Shown here in pieces: positions 1 through 10,062 of a stretch of DNA of 64,000 nucleotides (the first letter of the stretch is position 1; each line of letters opens with the position of its first letter). The translations under genes and the position numbers were made by a program. This stretch comes from Pseudomonadota bacterium. Lineage in GTDB: Bacteria > Myxococcota > JACRCW01 > JAFGSX01. Under the pieces are notes generated by a model that worked only from the letters and a program-made list of their open reading frames with translations, had not been told where the DNA came from and searched no databases. The stretch spans positions 1 to 64,000 of the forward strand of contig JBDRCO010000134.1 in the NCBI GenBank assembly GCA_043821645.1, read 5' to 3'.

Positions 1-300
1 GAACAGCAACCAGAACAGCAACCAGAACAGCAACCAGAACAGCAATCAGAACAGCAACCAGAACAGCAATCAGAACAGCAACCAGAACAGCAACCAGAAC
101 AGCAACCAGAACAGCAATCAGAACAGCAATCAGAACAGCAACCAGAACAGCAACCAGAACAGCAACCAGAACAGCAATCAGAACAGCAACCAGAACAGCA
201 ATCAGAACAGCAACCAGAACAGCAACCAGAACAGCAACCAGAACGACAACCGGAATGACAACCGGAACGACAACCGGAATGACAACCGGAACAGCCGTCA
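1..300 (+). repeat. 12-bp tandem repeat: 20 x GAACAGCAA(C/T)CA, 4 x GAA(C/T)GACAACCG, then one degenerate unit; runs off the left edge
   Basis: Read directly from bases 1-300. Confidence 0.97.
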
Positions 301-322
301 GAACGGCGAGGACGACGACTGA
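2..322 (+). CDS. 3' end of a protein with a (NSNQ)20(NDNR)4-NSRQNGEDDD low-complexity tail (5'-truncated)
   Basis: Frame +2 is open to TGA at 320-322; the C/T variation within each unit type is synonymous (AAC/AAT) only in this frame. Confidence 0.7.
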   Translation, partial: NSNQNSNQNSNQNSNQNSNQNSNQNSNQNSNQNSNQNSNQNSNQNSNQNSNQNSNQNSNQNSNQNSNQNSNQNSNQNSNQNDNRNDNRNDNRNDNRNSRQNGEDDD

Positions 323-384
323 AGGGGCATCGGTAGGCAGGACGCGAGGCCCAGAGACACACCGACAGATCCAAGGAGCCACAG

Positions 385-1731
385 ATGGCCACTTCGCGCA
401 TGGACGAGCTTCTCAGCGCCGATACAACCTGCGAGCAGCGGCTCACGCAGTTCGGTGCGTCGTGGCCAAGTGATCCTCTGGACCAGCTCCTCGAGCGCGT
501 GCTCGTCGTCCGCGACGCCCTGTGCCTGCTTCAGAAGACCGGCGCCAAGGGCAAGAGCCTGAGCACGGCTCAGGCCAGCGTGAACACCTGCGTCGAGCAC
601 TGTCGATCCCAGCAGCTGGCCATCGAGGCGGGTGCCCACACGGCCACCACGCGGCTGCAGGATCTCTGTGTCGAGGCCGAGGTCGCCGTCCGGCTGCTCG
701 AACGCGACCTGCCCATGGATAGCTTTGTACCCGGCTTCGTCGAGAGCGCGCTGGCCAAGGACGCCATCGCGCGCCTGGCCCGGCTGCTGGCTCCCTTGTG
801 CGGAGACAACGGGGACACACGGGATCGCTACGAGTTCCTGGTGACGCGGCTGGTCCGGCTGCGGGGGCCTTCTGGATTCATCCTGCTGCCCCGGGAGTCC
901 GTCCAGGGGGCACTGGACTACGTCGCGCCGGTCGAGCTACGGGTGTGCACCGAGGACATCCGCTTCCGCGTGATGTTCTTTGCCGAGGACATGGCGGCGC
1001 GCATCACGGCGGCTGGCGACATCGAGAAGGTCCTCGCCCAGGACATCTACGGCGAGCTGTATGGCTACAAGCTGGCGCTTCGCGACCGTATCCTGGATCC
1101 GGATGTGCTCTACGCGCTGGCCTCGCTTAACACCAGCATGTGCGACCGGCTGCAACTCGCCGTGGCACGCACGGGGAACTCGGAGCCCTACCTGCGTCGC
1201 ATCACCGAGACCGAGATCCAGGTGCGCGCGGTGCTTGAGGGCGACGATGGCAAGCAGAAGCTCCGGCGACGTTTTCAGGAAGAGCGTCGACGCGCCATTG
1301 TGTCACCCGCCAGGCCTCGAACCGTGACACTGAAGGCGGTACCCGCTGTACGGCCCGGCCATCCATCGCCGCGCGCAACGTCCCCGCGCCGCGCCCTGGC
1401 CGTCGCCGCGGCCGTCGCCGCCCTGCTCATCGTGGCCACGGCCTTCGCCATGGGTGGGCCATCCCCCTACCGGGCAGAGCCGGTGCCGCGGGCAGAACTG
1501 TCGCGGCTCTCACCCGTCCTCGCCAGCGGCAAGATCCTGGTCGCACAGCGCGCGTTTTTGGGTCAGGTTCAGGCCGAGCGCTGGGAAGGCCTGGACCCGA
1601 CGATGAAACAGAATGAGGCGAGGTCCCTGCGCCAGGCTCTCAAGCAAAGGCAGGTCGATGTCATCATCCTGCAGCGTGGAGACACCGTGGTCTGCGAGAT
1701 CGACCGCCGGGGCGACATCGAGATCTGGTGA
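385..1731 (+). CDS. Hypothetical membrane-anchored protein (one TM helix near residue 340)
   Basis: 448-aa ORF, GGAG upstream, hydrophobic ALAVAAAVAALLIVATAFA segment. Confidence 0.75.
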   Translation: MATSRMDELLSADTTCEQRLTQFGASWPSDPLDQLLERVLVVRDALCLLQKTGAKGKSLSTAQASVNTCVEHCRSQQLAIEAGAHTATTRLQDLCVEAEVAVRLLERDLPMDSFVPGFVESALAKDAIARLARLLAPLCGDNGDTRDRYEFLVTRLVRLRGPSGFILLPRESVQGALDYVAPVELRVCTEDIRFRVMFFAEDMAARITAAGDIEKVLAQDIYGELYGYKLALRDRILDPDVLYALASLNTSMCDRLQLAVARTGNSEPYLRRITETEIQVRAVLEGDDGKQKLRRRFQEERRRAIVSPARPRTVTLKAVPAVRPGHPSPRATSPRRALAVAAAVAALLIVATAFAMGGPSPYRAEPVPRAELSRLSPVLASGKILVAQRAFLGQVQAERWEGLDPTMKQNEARSLRQALKQRQVDVIILQRGDTVVCEIDRRGDIEIW

Positions 1732-1800
1732 GCCTGCCGCTCGATTGCCCTGCTCGTCCAGCTGCGCTACACAGCCCTGAACAGCGCACGGGACGCAACC

Positions 1801-3807
<2,007 letters not shown>

Positions 3808-3914
3808 GGTTCTCCCCGGGCTCCCGTGCTGCCCTCACCATCGGGGTTCGCGCCCGTCGGTGCCGGGCGGCGCATCACAACAGGAACATGTGAACACGTC
3901 CGATGGGGTGCGCG

Positions 3915-5003
3915 TCACGCCCTCAGCAAGAAATCCTTGGCCTTCTTGCTTCCGGCCTGCTCGTCGCTGGCCGGGGGCAGGGGACCGACGGCGGCGCGCA
4001 GGGCCAGCTCGAGCCTCTCCTGATCCAGCTCGCGCACGGCAATGTGACCCTCGGGGGTGGGGCCCAAGAAGAATAGGCCACCCTCGACGGGCAAGAAGGT
4101 CGTCTCGCGGATCAGCCAGTCCTCGTCGATGAAGTCATAGCGCACGAAGCTGGTGCGGCCGCGCTCGGCCAGGGCCTTGGCCAGCTCGAGGAAGGCCGGT
4201 CGCAGGTGCGGGTGGCCCAGCTTGTCGCGGCGGACCACGCCCTTGCTTTCGAGCTGGTTCAGGTGCGCCTCCCAGCTCGGATCGCTGGGCAGCGAACTCT
4301 TGTAGGAGCCGGGCCGCGCGACGGCCGTGGCCTCGTCCGAGGGTGAGGCGAACACGCCGGCGGGATCCGAGGCCGCGCTGGCGCTGCTGCTTCCGCGCAG
4401 GGTGTGCGCGCGCATGGGTGCCGCTGGCACCTCGCTGGCCGACGCCGGAGTGTGGAAGCCGAGGTTGCTCAAGGCCTGGACGATCTCGGCCAGCGACATG
4501 CGGTCGTCGCCACCCTGGCCCCGCACATCCTGGGCCAGCAGCGCGAACACCAGGTACTCGCCGGTGCTCAGCTCGACCTCGGCAAAGTCGCCCTTGGAGC
4601 GTCGCGGCGCGAAGTGCTTGCTCAGGAGGCGGATCAGCTCGTCGTGATCCTGGTCGCCACCCACCTCGTGCCCTTCGTCGGTGTCGTCGTAGGACACCGC
4701 GATCTCGTCGAGCAGGTAGAAGTCCTGGATCTCGGCCTCGTCGCCTGGCCGTTCGCGAGACACCACCACCCGGGCGTCGCACTCGGTCAGCGGCGCCAGG
4801 CGATTGAGCGCGTTGTCGGTCAGCCGGAACGACTTGGGATCGATCACCCGCTTGCGCACCAGGCTGTCGTAGGCCTGGCCCAGGTCCGCAGGCTCGCGGC
4901 ACTCCTTGTCCACGTAATAGACGGGCGACTCCGCGACGAAGAACAGGTCGCAGGTGAAGCGCAGCAGCGCGAGCTCGTCGTCGGTGAGCAGCAAGGATGT
5001 CAT
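3915..5003 (-). CDS. Hypothetical protein (possibly EspG-like chaperone fold)
   Basis: GC3-rich ORF, start taken at MTSLLLTDDEL; fold guess from pattern only. Confidence 0.7.
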   Translation of the reverse strand: MTSLLLTDDELALLRFTCDLFFVAESPVYYVDKECREPADLGQAYDSLVRKRVIDPKSFRLTDNALNRLAPLTECDARVVVSRERPGDEAEIQDFYLLDEIAVSYDDTDEGHEVGGDQDHDELIRLLSKHFAPRRSKGDFAEVELSTGEYLVFALLAQDVRGQGGDDRMSLAEIVQALSNLGFHTPASASEVPAAPMRAHTLRGSSSASAASDPAGVFASPSDEATAVARPGSYKSSLPSDPSWEAHLNQLESKGVVRRDKLGHPHLRPAFLELAKALAERGRTSFVRYDFIDEDWLIRETTFLPVEGGLFFLGPTPEGHIAVRELDQERLELALRAAVGPLPPASDEQAGSKKAKDFLLRA

Positions 5004-5079
5004 GTGCGATCTCGGCGCGCATCCTAGCGCAGCGCCGGGGCGCCGCAAAGCGTGATGGGGATCGAAGAGGTGCCGGGGG

Positions 5080-5955
5080 TCAGCCGCCGGCTTCGGAGAG
5101 CTGGGCCAGGGCCTCGAGTCCCTTGCCGGCACGGCCGCGCCGCACGTCCTCGTGCAGGCCGCGCAGCTCGTCGCTGACCGGGGCGCGCACCTGCAGTCGC
5201 TTGCCCGCCTCGAGCAGGCTCACCGCGAAGCGCGACACCATGGTCTGGGGCACCACCTGCGCCAGGTAGGTGCCCAGGGCGTGGCGGTCGATCCCCGCGC
5301 CGGCACCGAGCTGCAGGCGGGTGATGCCCTGGCCCGTGCCAAGGCCGGTGACCACGTCGCCACCCATGGCGATCAGGCCCAGCCCGCGGCTCCAACCCTG
5401 GGCCTGCCGGGCCTTGCTGGTGCGGCGTTGCACGGTGGGCACGTCGAAGGGCATGGCGCCGTGGGCCGCCGAGCGCAGCAGCTTGGTGCGGCGGTTGTTC
5501 CAGGCGATGCGCCCGCGCACCTTGGACATCTGCGCGCGCAGCTCGTCGAGAACGGGGCGTACCGTGGTGAGCTGCTCGCTCGCGAAACCTGTGCGCACCA
5601 GGCTGTCGACCACACTCTCGGCGCTCTGCTTGAGGGTCTGGAAGGTGGTGCCCAGGCGGGTGTTGTTCTCGTCGATGGCGCTGAGCAGATTGGTGAGCTG
5701 GCTGGTGCGATCCCCCGCGGCGCCGACGGTGTCGCGCAGATCCGGGATGCTGTCGCCACTCGAGCCCGTGGTCGGCAGGCGTCCCAGCAGCTTCTGCTGG
5801 CTGGCCCCGATCTCGAAGGCGTCGGTGGTGGGCTCCTGGGCCTTCGCCGGGAGCCCCTTCTTGGCTGCCTTGCGCCGTTCCGAGGCGCGGGTCGACACCT
5901 GCTGGCGCGGGGTCTTGGGACTCTTGGGGCCGATTCCGCCGCTGCGAATGGTCAT
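5080..5955 (-). CDS. Hypothetical protein, candidate T3SS-secreted substrate (disordered N-terminus, coiled coil)
   Basis: Start MTIRSGGIGPKSPK; divergent from sctU; preceded by the shared promoter-like motif. Confidence 0.65.
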   Translation of the reverse strand: MTIRSGGIGPKSPKTPRQQVSTRASERRKAAKKGLPAKAQEPTTDAFEIGASQQKLLGRLPTTGSSGDSIPDLRDTVGAAGDRTSQLTNLLSAIDENNTRLGTTFQTLKQSAESVVDSLVRTGFASEQLTTVRPVLDELRAQMSKVRGRIAWNNRRTKLLRSAAHGAMPFDVPTVQRRTSKARQAQGWSRGLGLIAMGGDVVTGLGTGQGITRLQLGAGAGIDRHALGTYLAQVVPQTMVSRFAVSLLEAGKRLQVRAPVSDELRGLHEDVRRGRAGKGLEALAQLSEAGG

Positions 5956-6005
5956 GCTGAACCTCGTCTCCAGGGTGCCCGGGACAGACACCACGCCACC
6001 CTTGG

Positions 6006-6033
6006 GTATCGTCGACAGGTTACTTTTGGTTGC
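6006..6033 (-). promoter_or_regulatory. Putative alternative-sigma (FliA/sigma28-like) promoter GCAAC-N17-CGATAC
   Basis: Reverse strand reads GCAAC caaaagtaacctgtcga CGATAC, about 50 bp upstream of the 5955 start; two similar copies nearby. Confidence 0.55.
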
Positions 6034-6212
6034 CCGGATCGTCAAACGCGTCGGGGTGTTGCGGCCAGGGCTCCTTGACGATGTCGGCCGCCCGGGCTTA
6101 GCTTGGGGGCGCGCCACGTCGTCGCGGACGTGTGCCACGGCCGGATCCCCGCGAGGGGCGAGAGGCCCGTTCGCCATGCCGGTGACGGGCAAGCAGCAGG
6201 GACGGACCACGC

Positions 6213-7277
6213 ATGGGCGACGGCGGCACCGGCGAGAAGACCGAGGAGGCGACCCCGCAGCGCCTGCAGGAAGCGCGCAAGAAGGGTCAGGTGATGAAGA
6301 GCCAGGACGTGCTCGCGGCGTTCGGCTTCATCATCACCTTCAGCGTCCTCGCCCTGATCATGGGCTCGACCCTGGACCAGCTGCGCGAGTTCATCCTCGC
6401 CTGCATCTACGCCGGCACCGGGAACGGAGGCCTCCCCGCCGTCGTCAACACGACCTTCAAGGCGCTGACCTTCACCCTCATCCTGGTCATGCCGATCCTG
6501 GGAGCGGCCTTCGTCGCGAGCGTTGCTGCCAACTACGCCCAGGTCGGGTTCATGTTCACCACCCACCCGCTCAAGCCCGACATCAAGAAGATCAATCCGA
6601 TCTCCGGGCTCAAGAGCATGTTCTCGAAGAAGAAGGTGGTCGAGCTCATCAAGCAGCTGCTCAAGTTCAGCATCATCACCTACGTGTGCTACAGCGCGGT
6701 CAAGGACAGGATCCGCGACGTCGTGGTGGCGGTACGGGTGCCGCTCGAGAACTCGATGCTGCTGGCCGGCGAGATCATCTACGACCTGGCCATCAAGGTC
6801 GCGGCGGTCTTCATCGTCATCGCCTTCGCGGACTTTCTCTACCAGCGCTACCAGTTCAAAAAAGATATGATGATGTCCAAGTACGACGTGAAGCAGGAGT
6901 ACAAGCAATCCGAGGGCGATCCGGAGATGAAGGGCCAGCGCAAGGCCCTGGCCGAGGAGCTGATCATGCACGGCTCGCAGCAGAACGTGGCCAATGCCGA
7001 CGCCGTGGTGACCAACCCGGCACACATCGCCGTGGCCATCAAATATGACAAGGAGAAGGGCGGGGCGCCCCAGGTGGTGGCCAAGGGTCTGCGCAAGCAC
7101 GCGGACAAGATCAAGGAAATCGCTCGACAATCCGGCGTTCCCATCCTGCGCAACGTGCCCCTGGCGCAGGCCCTGAACAAGCTGGAGATTGGCGAGGACA
7201 TCCCCGAGGAGCTTTTCGAGGCCGTGGCCGAGGTGCTCAACTTCGTCTACGAGCTGCAGGAACAGAAGAAGATCTGA
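6213..7277 (+). CDS. sctU: Type III secretion export apparatus switch protein, SctU/EscU/YscU/FlhB family
   Basis: GEKTEEATPQRLQEARKKGQV, four TM segments, VKQEYKQSEGDPEMKGQR, NPAH cleavage-site motif, IPEELFEAVAEVL. Confidence 0.95.
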   Translation: MGDGGTGEKTEEATPQRLQEARKKGQVMKSQDVLAAFGFIITFSVLALIMGSTLDQLREFILACIYAGTGNGGLPAVVNTTFKALTFTLILVMPILGAAFVASVAANYAQVGFMFTTHPLKPDIKKINPISGLKSMFSKKKVVELIKQLLKFSIITYVCYSAVKDRIRDVVVAVRVPLENSMLLAGEIIYDLAIKVAAVFIVIAFADFLYQRYQFKKDMMMSKYDVKQEYKQSEGDPEMKGQRKALAEELIMHGSQQNVANADAVVTNPAHIAVAIKYDKEKGGAPQVVAKGLRKHADKIKEIARQSGVPILRNVPLAQALNKLEIGEDIPEELFEAVAEVLNFVYELQEQKKI

Positions 7278-7283
7278 GTGTGG

Positions 7284-7314
7284 GCAACCCCTGGCCTGGC
7301 CGTGCCGATACAGG
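7284..7314 (+). promoter_or_regulatory. Putative alternative-sigma promoter GCAAC-N17-CGATACAGG
   Basis: Contains GCCGATA (sigma28-like -10), about 60 bp upstream of ATG 7371. Confidence 0.55.
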
Positions 7315-7370
7315 GATAGGGTCCCGGCCCTGCGCGAGCCAGCGCCCCCGTGGGCAAGAGGAGCTGCTGC

Positions 7371-7826
7371 ATGACCACCATCGGAACCAGAACTGGATGG
7401 CCGTTTCCTGTAGGCACAGGCCTGGGTGTCTCGGCCGACGAGCTCAAGGCCCAGCAGGCCAAGCCCGACCGCGACCCCATGCTGTCACCCATCCCCCAGG
7501 TGGGGCCCACCGAGTTCCTGGCGCCGACCACCAACTCGGAGCAGCTGCGGCTGCAGGTTCCGACCGCGGCCAGCCCCCTGGCCACGCCCGTGGGGCCGCT
7601 GCACGACCACATCTACATCCGCAAGGCCCTGGCCAAGGCCAAGGGTGACCTGAGTCAGCAGCTGCTGCAGTTCGTGACCCGCGGCGGCGTGTCGCTCCCT
7701 GCCGACCGCCAGAACCAGATTCGCGCCTCCCTGTCTCGCGAGCAGGCCATGTTCTCGCTGCTCGACGACACCCAGAAGATGCAGGAGCAGATCTACGGCA
7801 TGATCATCGGCTCTGCAGAAGCTTGA
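7371..7826 (+). CDS. Small T3SS-associated protein (possibly SctX/YscX-like substrate)
   Basis: GAGGAG RBS, 151 aa, Pro-rich N-terminus and helical C-terminus, lies between sctU and a TPR chaperone. Confidence 0.65.
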   Translation: MTTIGTRTGWPFPVGTGLGVSADELKAQQAKPDRDPMLSPIPQVGPTEFLAPTTNSEQLRLQVPTAASPLATPVGPLHDHIYIRKALAKAKGDLSQQLLQFVTRGGVSLPADRQNQIRASLSREQAMFSLLDDTQKMQEQIYGMIIGSAEA

Positions 7827-7881
7827 CCCGCTCCTCGTCCCTGCTAGGCTCTCCGATCTCTCGACGAGGCGGGAGCCCTTC

Positions 7882-8340
7882 ATGACCACCAGCAGCAACC
7901 CTCAGATGGCAACGCTCATCACCCGCTGGGCGCGGGGTGAGCTGACTCTGAAGGAGATCAAGGGCTACACCGACGACGAGCTGTACGCCATCGCCCACCA
8001 GGGTTACTTCTACCTGATGCAGGGCAAGAACGACGCGGCGCGCACCATCTTCGAAGGGCTCGTCGCCATCGACCCGCGCAACGGCTACTACTACCGCGCC
8101 CTGGGTGTCATCTACCACAAGCTGGGCGACGCCGAGCGCGCCCTGCGCCAGTTCACCTACGCCACCCGCGTCGCGCCCAGGGACCCCGCCGCCTACATCA
8201 ATCGCGCCGAGGTTTACGTGGCCACTCGCCGCATCGCCGAGGCCAGGCGCGACCTGGGCTACGCCACGCAGCTGGTCGCCGCCGACGCCCGCGACCCCCT
8301 CACGCGCAAGGCCAGGGCCCTGCTGGCCTCGCTGCGCTGA
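7882..8340 (+). CDS. TPR chaperone, SycD/LcrH (or SctY)-like
   Basis: LTLKEIKGYTDDELYAIAHQGY..QGK..AARTIFEGLVAIDP, the class II T3SS chaperone pattern. Confidence 0.85.
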   Translation: MTTSSNPQMATLITRWARGELTLKEIKGYTDDELYAIAHQGYFYLMQGKNDAARTIFEGLVAIDPRNGYYYRALGVIYHKLGDAERALRQFTYATRVAPRDPAAYINRAEVYVATRRIAEARRDLGYATQLVAADARDPLTRKARALLASLR

Positions 8341-8353
8341 CGCAGGTTTTTTT
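8332..8353 (+). terminator. Possible intrinsic terminator
   Basis: CTGCG-ctga-CGCAG stem followed by a T run; short stem. Confidence 0.4.
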
Positions 8354-8491
8354 ATCGCCAGATCTCGGAAAACTCTGCCGCGCGGCTTTTGCAGCCGTCA
8401 GACCGGCAGATCCGGGGTGCCCATTTCTATAGCTCAATTGATAAGTTACGAATTTCCTCTGGCATCATCCGGGCTTGGGCCCATAATCATA

Positions 8492-8521
8492 GCAACGCCT
8501 CGGATGAATGACCGATACAGG
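8492..8521 (+). promoter_or_regulatory. Putative alternative-sigma promoter GCAAC-N16-CGATACAGG
   Basis: Third copy of the motif, upstream of ATG 8599 and downstream of an AT-rich tract (about 8424-8456). Confidence 0.55.
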
Positions 8522-8598
8522 CTCGTGCAACCCGTGCGGCAAGCTGTCGCACATTCCTCCTACGACGGAACTCGGGGAGGAGGAGAAAGGAGAACGGG

Positions 8599-9864
8599 AT
8601 GTCGTTTCTACCCATCGGAGGACCTGGAAGCGGTATGGGCCTCAACCGACTATTCGAGGGTTCGCAGGGCATGCAGGTCAATCGCATGCTCGACGCGCTG
8701 GGCCTGCCCGACAACGTCGGGGACATGATCGGCGCGCAGATCGATGCCGCACGCGGCGACTGGGCTGGCTACGCTCGCAACATGCAGGACCTGACCTCGG
8801 GCATGAGCTCGGGCCAGATGGACAAGCTGTTCGGCAAGGGTCTGCCGGGCTCGCACTTCATGCCGCGTCCGCATGCCGCACTCGGGAAGGGCCGTCAGCT
8901 CTGGGGCAAGCAGTTCCACACGCCCTTCGGCACCCACAGCGTTAGCCGCGAGCGCCTGGGCGGCAAGGGCATCTTCGGCCGCATGGCAGGCCGCAGCATG
9001 GAGCGCGCGATCCTGACCAACCCCGCCTTCAAGGCCAGGATGGAGCGCGTCCTGGGCGGGCGCATCATCCCGGACGGCCGCGCCGACGGCAAGATCACCG
9101 TCGAGCGTTTCCGCCCCAACTTCACCGGCCTGCCCTTCTCGGCGCCCATCGCCGCCAACCCCATGCTGTCGGGGATGTACGGTGCGCTGTCGCGTCTCGA
9201 GGGCAACATCAAGAACCTGGCCCAGAGCATGACCAAGGGCGGCGCCACGACGGGCGGCGCCGGAGGTGCGGGTGCCACAGGCGGCGCGGCCGGCACCTCG
9301 GATGCGGCCCTGCTGCAGGATCCCGAGACCCAGAAGCTGGCGGATGGCATGGGCATGAGCCCGCCGCTCAGCTTCGAGGACATGCTGTTCTTGATGATGA
9401 TGAAGTACGCGCGCAAGAAGGAAAAAGAGATCCTGACCAAGATGAACGAGCTGTCCGGCAAGGACGGCGCCAAGGGCGCTGAGGAGGGTGGCGGTCGCCG
9501 TCGCCGTGGCTACGGCGGCGCACTGGGCGGCATCCTGGGTGGCGCGCTCAAGATCGGTGGCGGCATCCTGGGCGGCATGTACGGTGGCCCCATGGGTGCT
9601 CAGATCGGCAGCTCGATCGGCGGCATGGCCGGCAACGCCCTGCAGGGCGGTGGTGGCGCTGGTGGTGCCGGAGGCGGCGGCGGTGCGGGTGGCGCGGGTG
9701 GCGCCGAGGGCAACTTCGGTGACCCGAACAAGACCTCGGACGCCCTCAAGCAGATGCAGATGCAGAAGCTGATGGAAGACCTCAAGAAGATGTACGAGAT
9801 GCTCTCGAACGTGATGAAGAGCATGCACGACATGCAGATGGCGGCGGTCCGTAACCTCCGCTAG
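8599..9864 (+). CDS. Gly/Met-rich putative T3SS tip-filament/translocator-like secreted protein
   Basis: Strong GGAGA RBS, glycine-zipper segment, C-terminus QKLMEDLKKMYEMLSNVMKSMHDMQMAAVRNLR resembling needle/Bsp22-type terminal helices; follows a SycD-like gene. Confidence 0.7.
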   Translation: MSFLPIGGPGSGMGLNRLFEGSQGMQVNRMLDALGLPDNVGDMIGAQIDAARGDWAGYARNMQDLTSGMSSGQMDKLFGKGLPGSHFMPRPHAALGKGRQLWGKQFHTPFGTHSVSRERLGGKGIFGRMAGRSMERAILTNPAFKARMERVLGGRIIPDGRADGKITVERFRPNFTGLPFSAPIAANPMLSGMYGALSRLEGNIKNLAQSMTKGGATTGGAGGAGATGGAAGTSDAALLQDPETQKLADGMGMSPPLSFEDMLFLMMMKYARKKEKEILTKMNELSGKDGAKGAEEGGGRRRRGYGGALGGILGGALKIGGGILGGMYGGPMGAQIGSSIGGMAGNALQGGGGAGGAGGGGGAGGAGGAEGNFGDPNKTSDALKQMQMQKLMEDLKKMYEMLSNVMKSMHDMQMAAVRNLR

Positions 9865-9889
9865 TCGCAGTCCAGATCGCGGTTCGCAG

Positions 9890-9922
9890 GGCGGCGGGAG
9901 TTCTTCCCGCCGCCTTTTTTTT
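9890..9922 (+). terminator. Rho-independent terminator
   Basis: GGCGGCGGGA-gttct-TCCCGCCGCC followed by T8. Confidence 0.9.
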
Positions 9923-10062
9923 GTACCCCGGGTGTCGACGACCCGGGCTCGCGGTACTGGCGGCGTGCCCGTCGAGCAGGGCGGTTGCAGCGGCGTGCAA
10001 AAAGAGCGAGCCTTGGCTCTGGTCCGTGCCCTCCGACGCGTCCACCAGCACAGGGGAGTCCC

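Noticed and set aside
1-300. CRISPR array or telomere-like repeat
   Set aside because: Units are contiguous 12-mers with no spacers and no cas genes; a coding repeat explains it better
255-473. 72-aa ORF MTTGTTTG from the ORF track
   Set aside because: Off-frame reading of the repeat; overlaps the frame +2 tail and the 385 gene
6213-7277. Flagellar flhB call
   Set aside because: No flagellar genes nearby and the neighbours are SycD-like chaperones; a phylogeny is needed to exclude it fully
8460-8474. Sigma54 promoter TGGCAT-N5-GGGC upstream of 8599
   Set aside because: GG-N10-GC spacing fits but the -12 TTGC is poor; the repeated GCAAC/CGATAC motif is better supported
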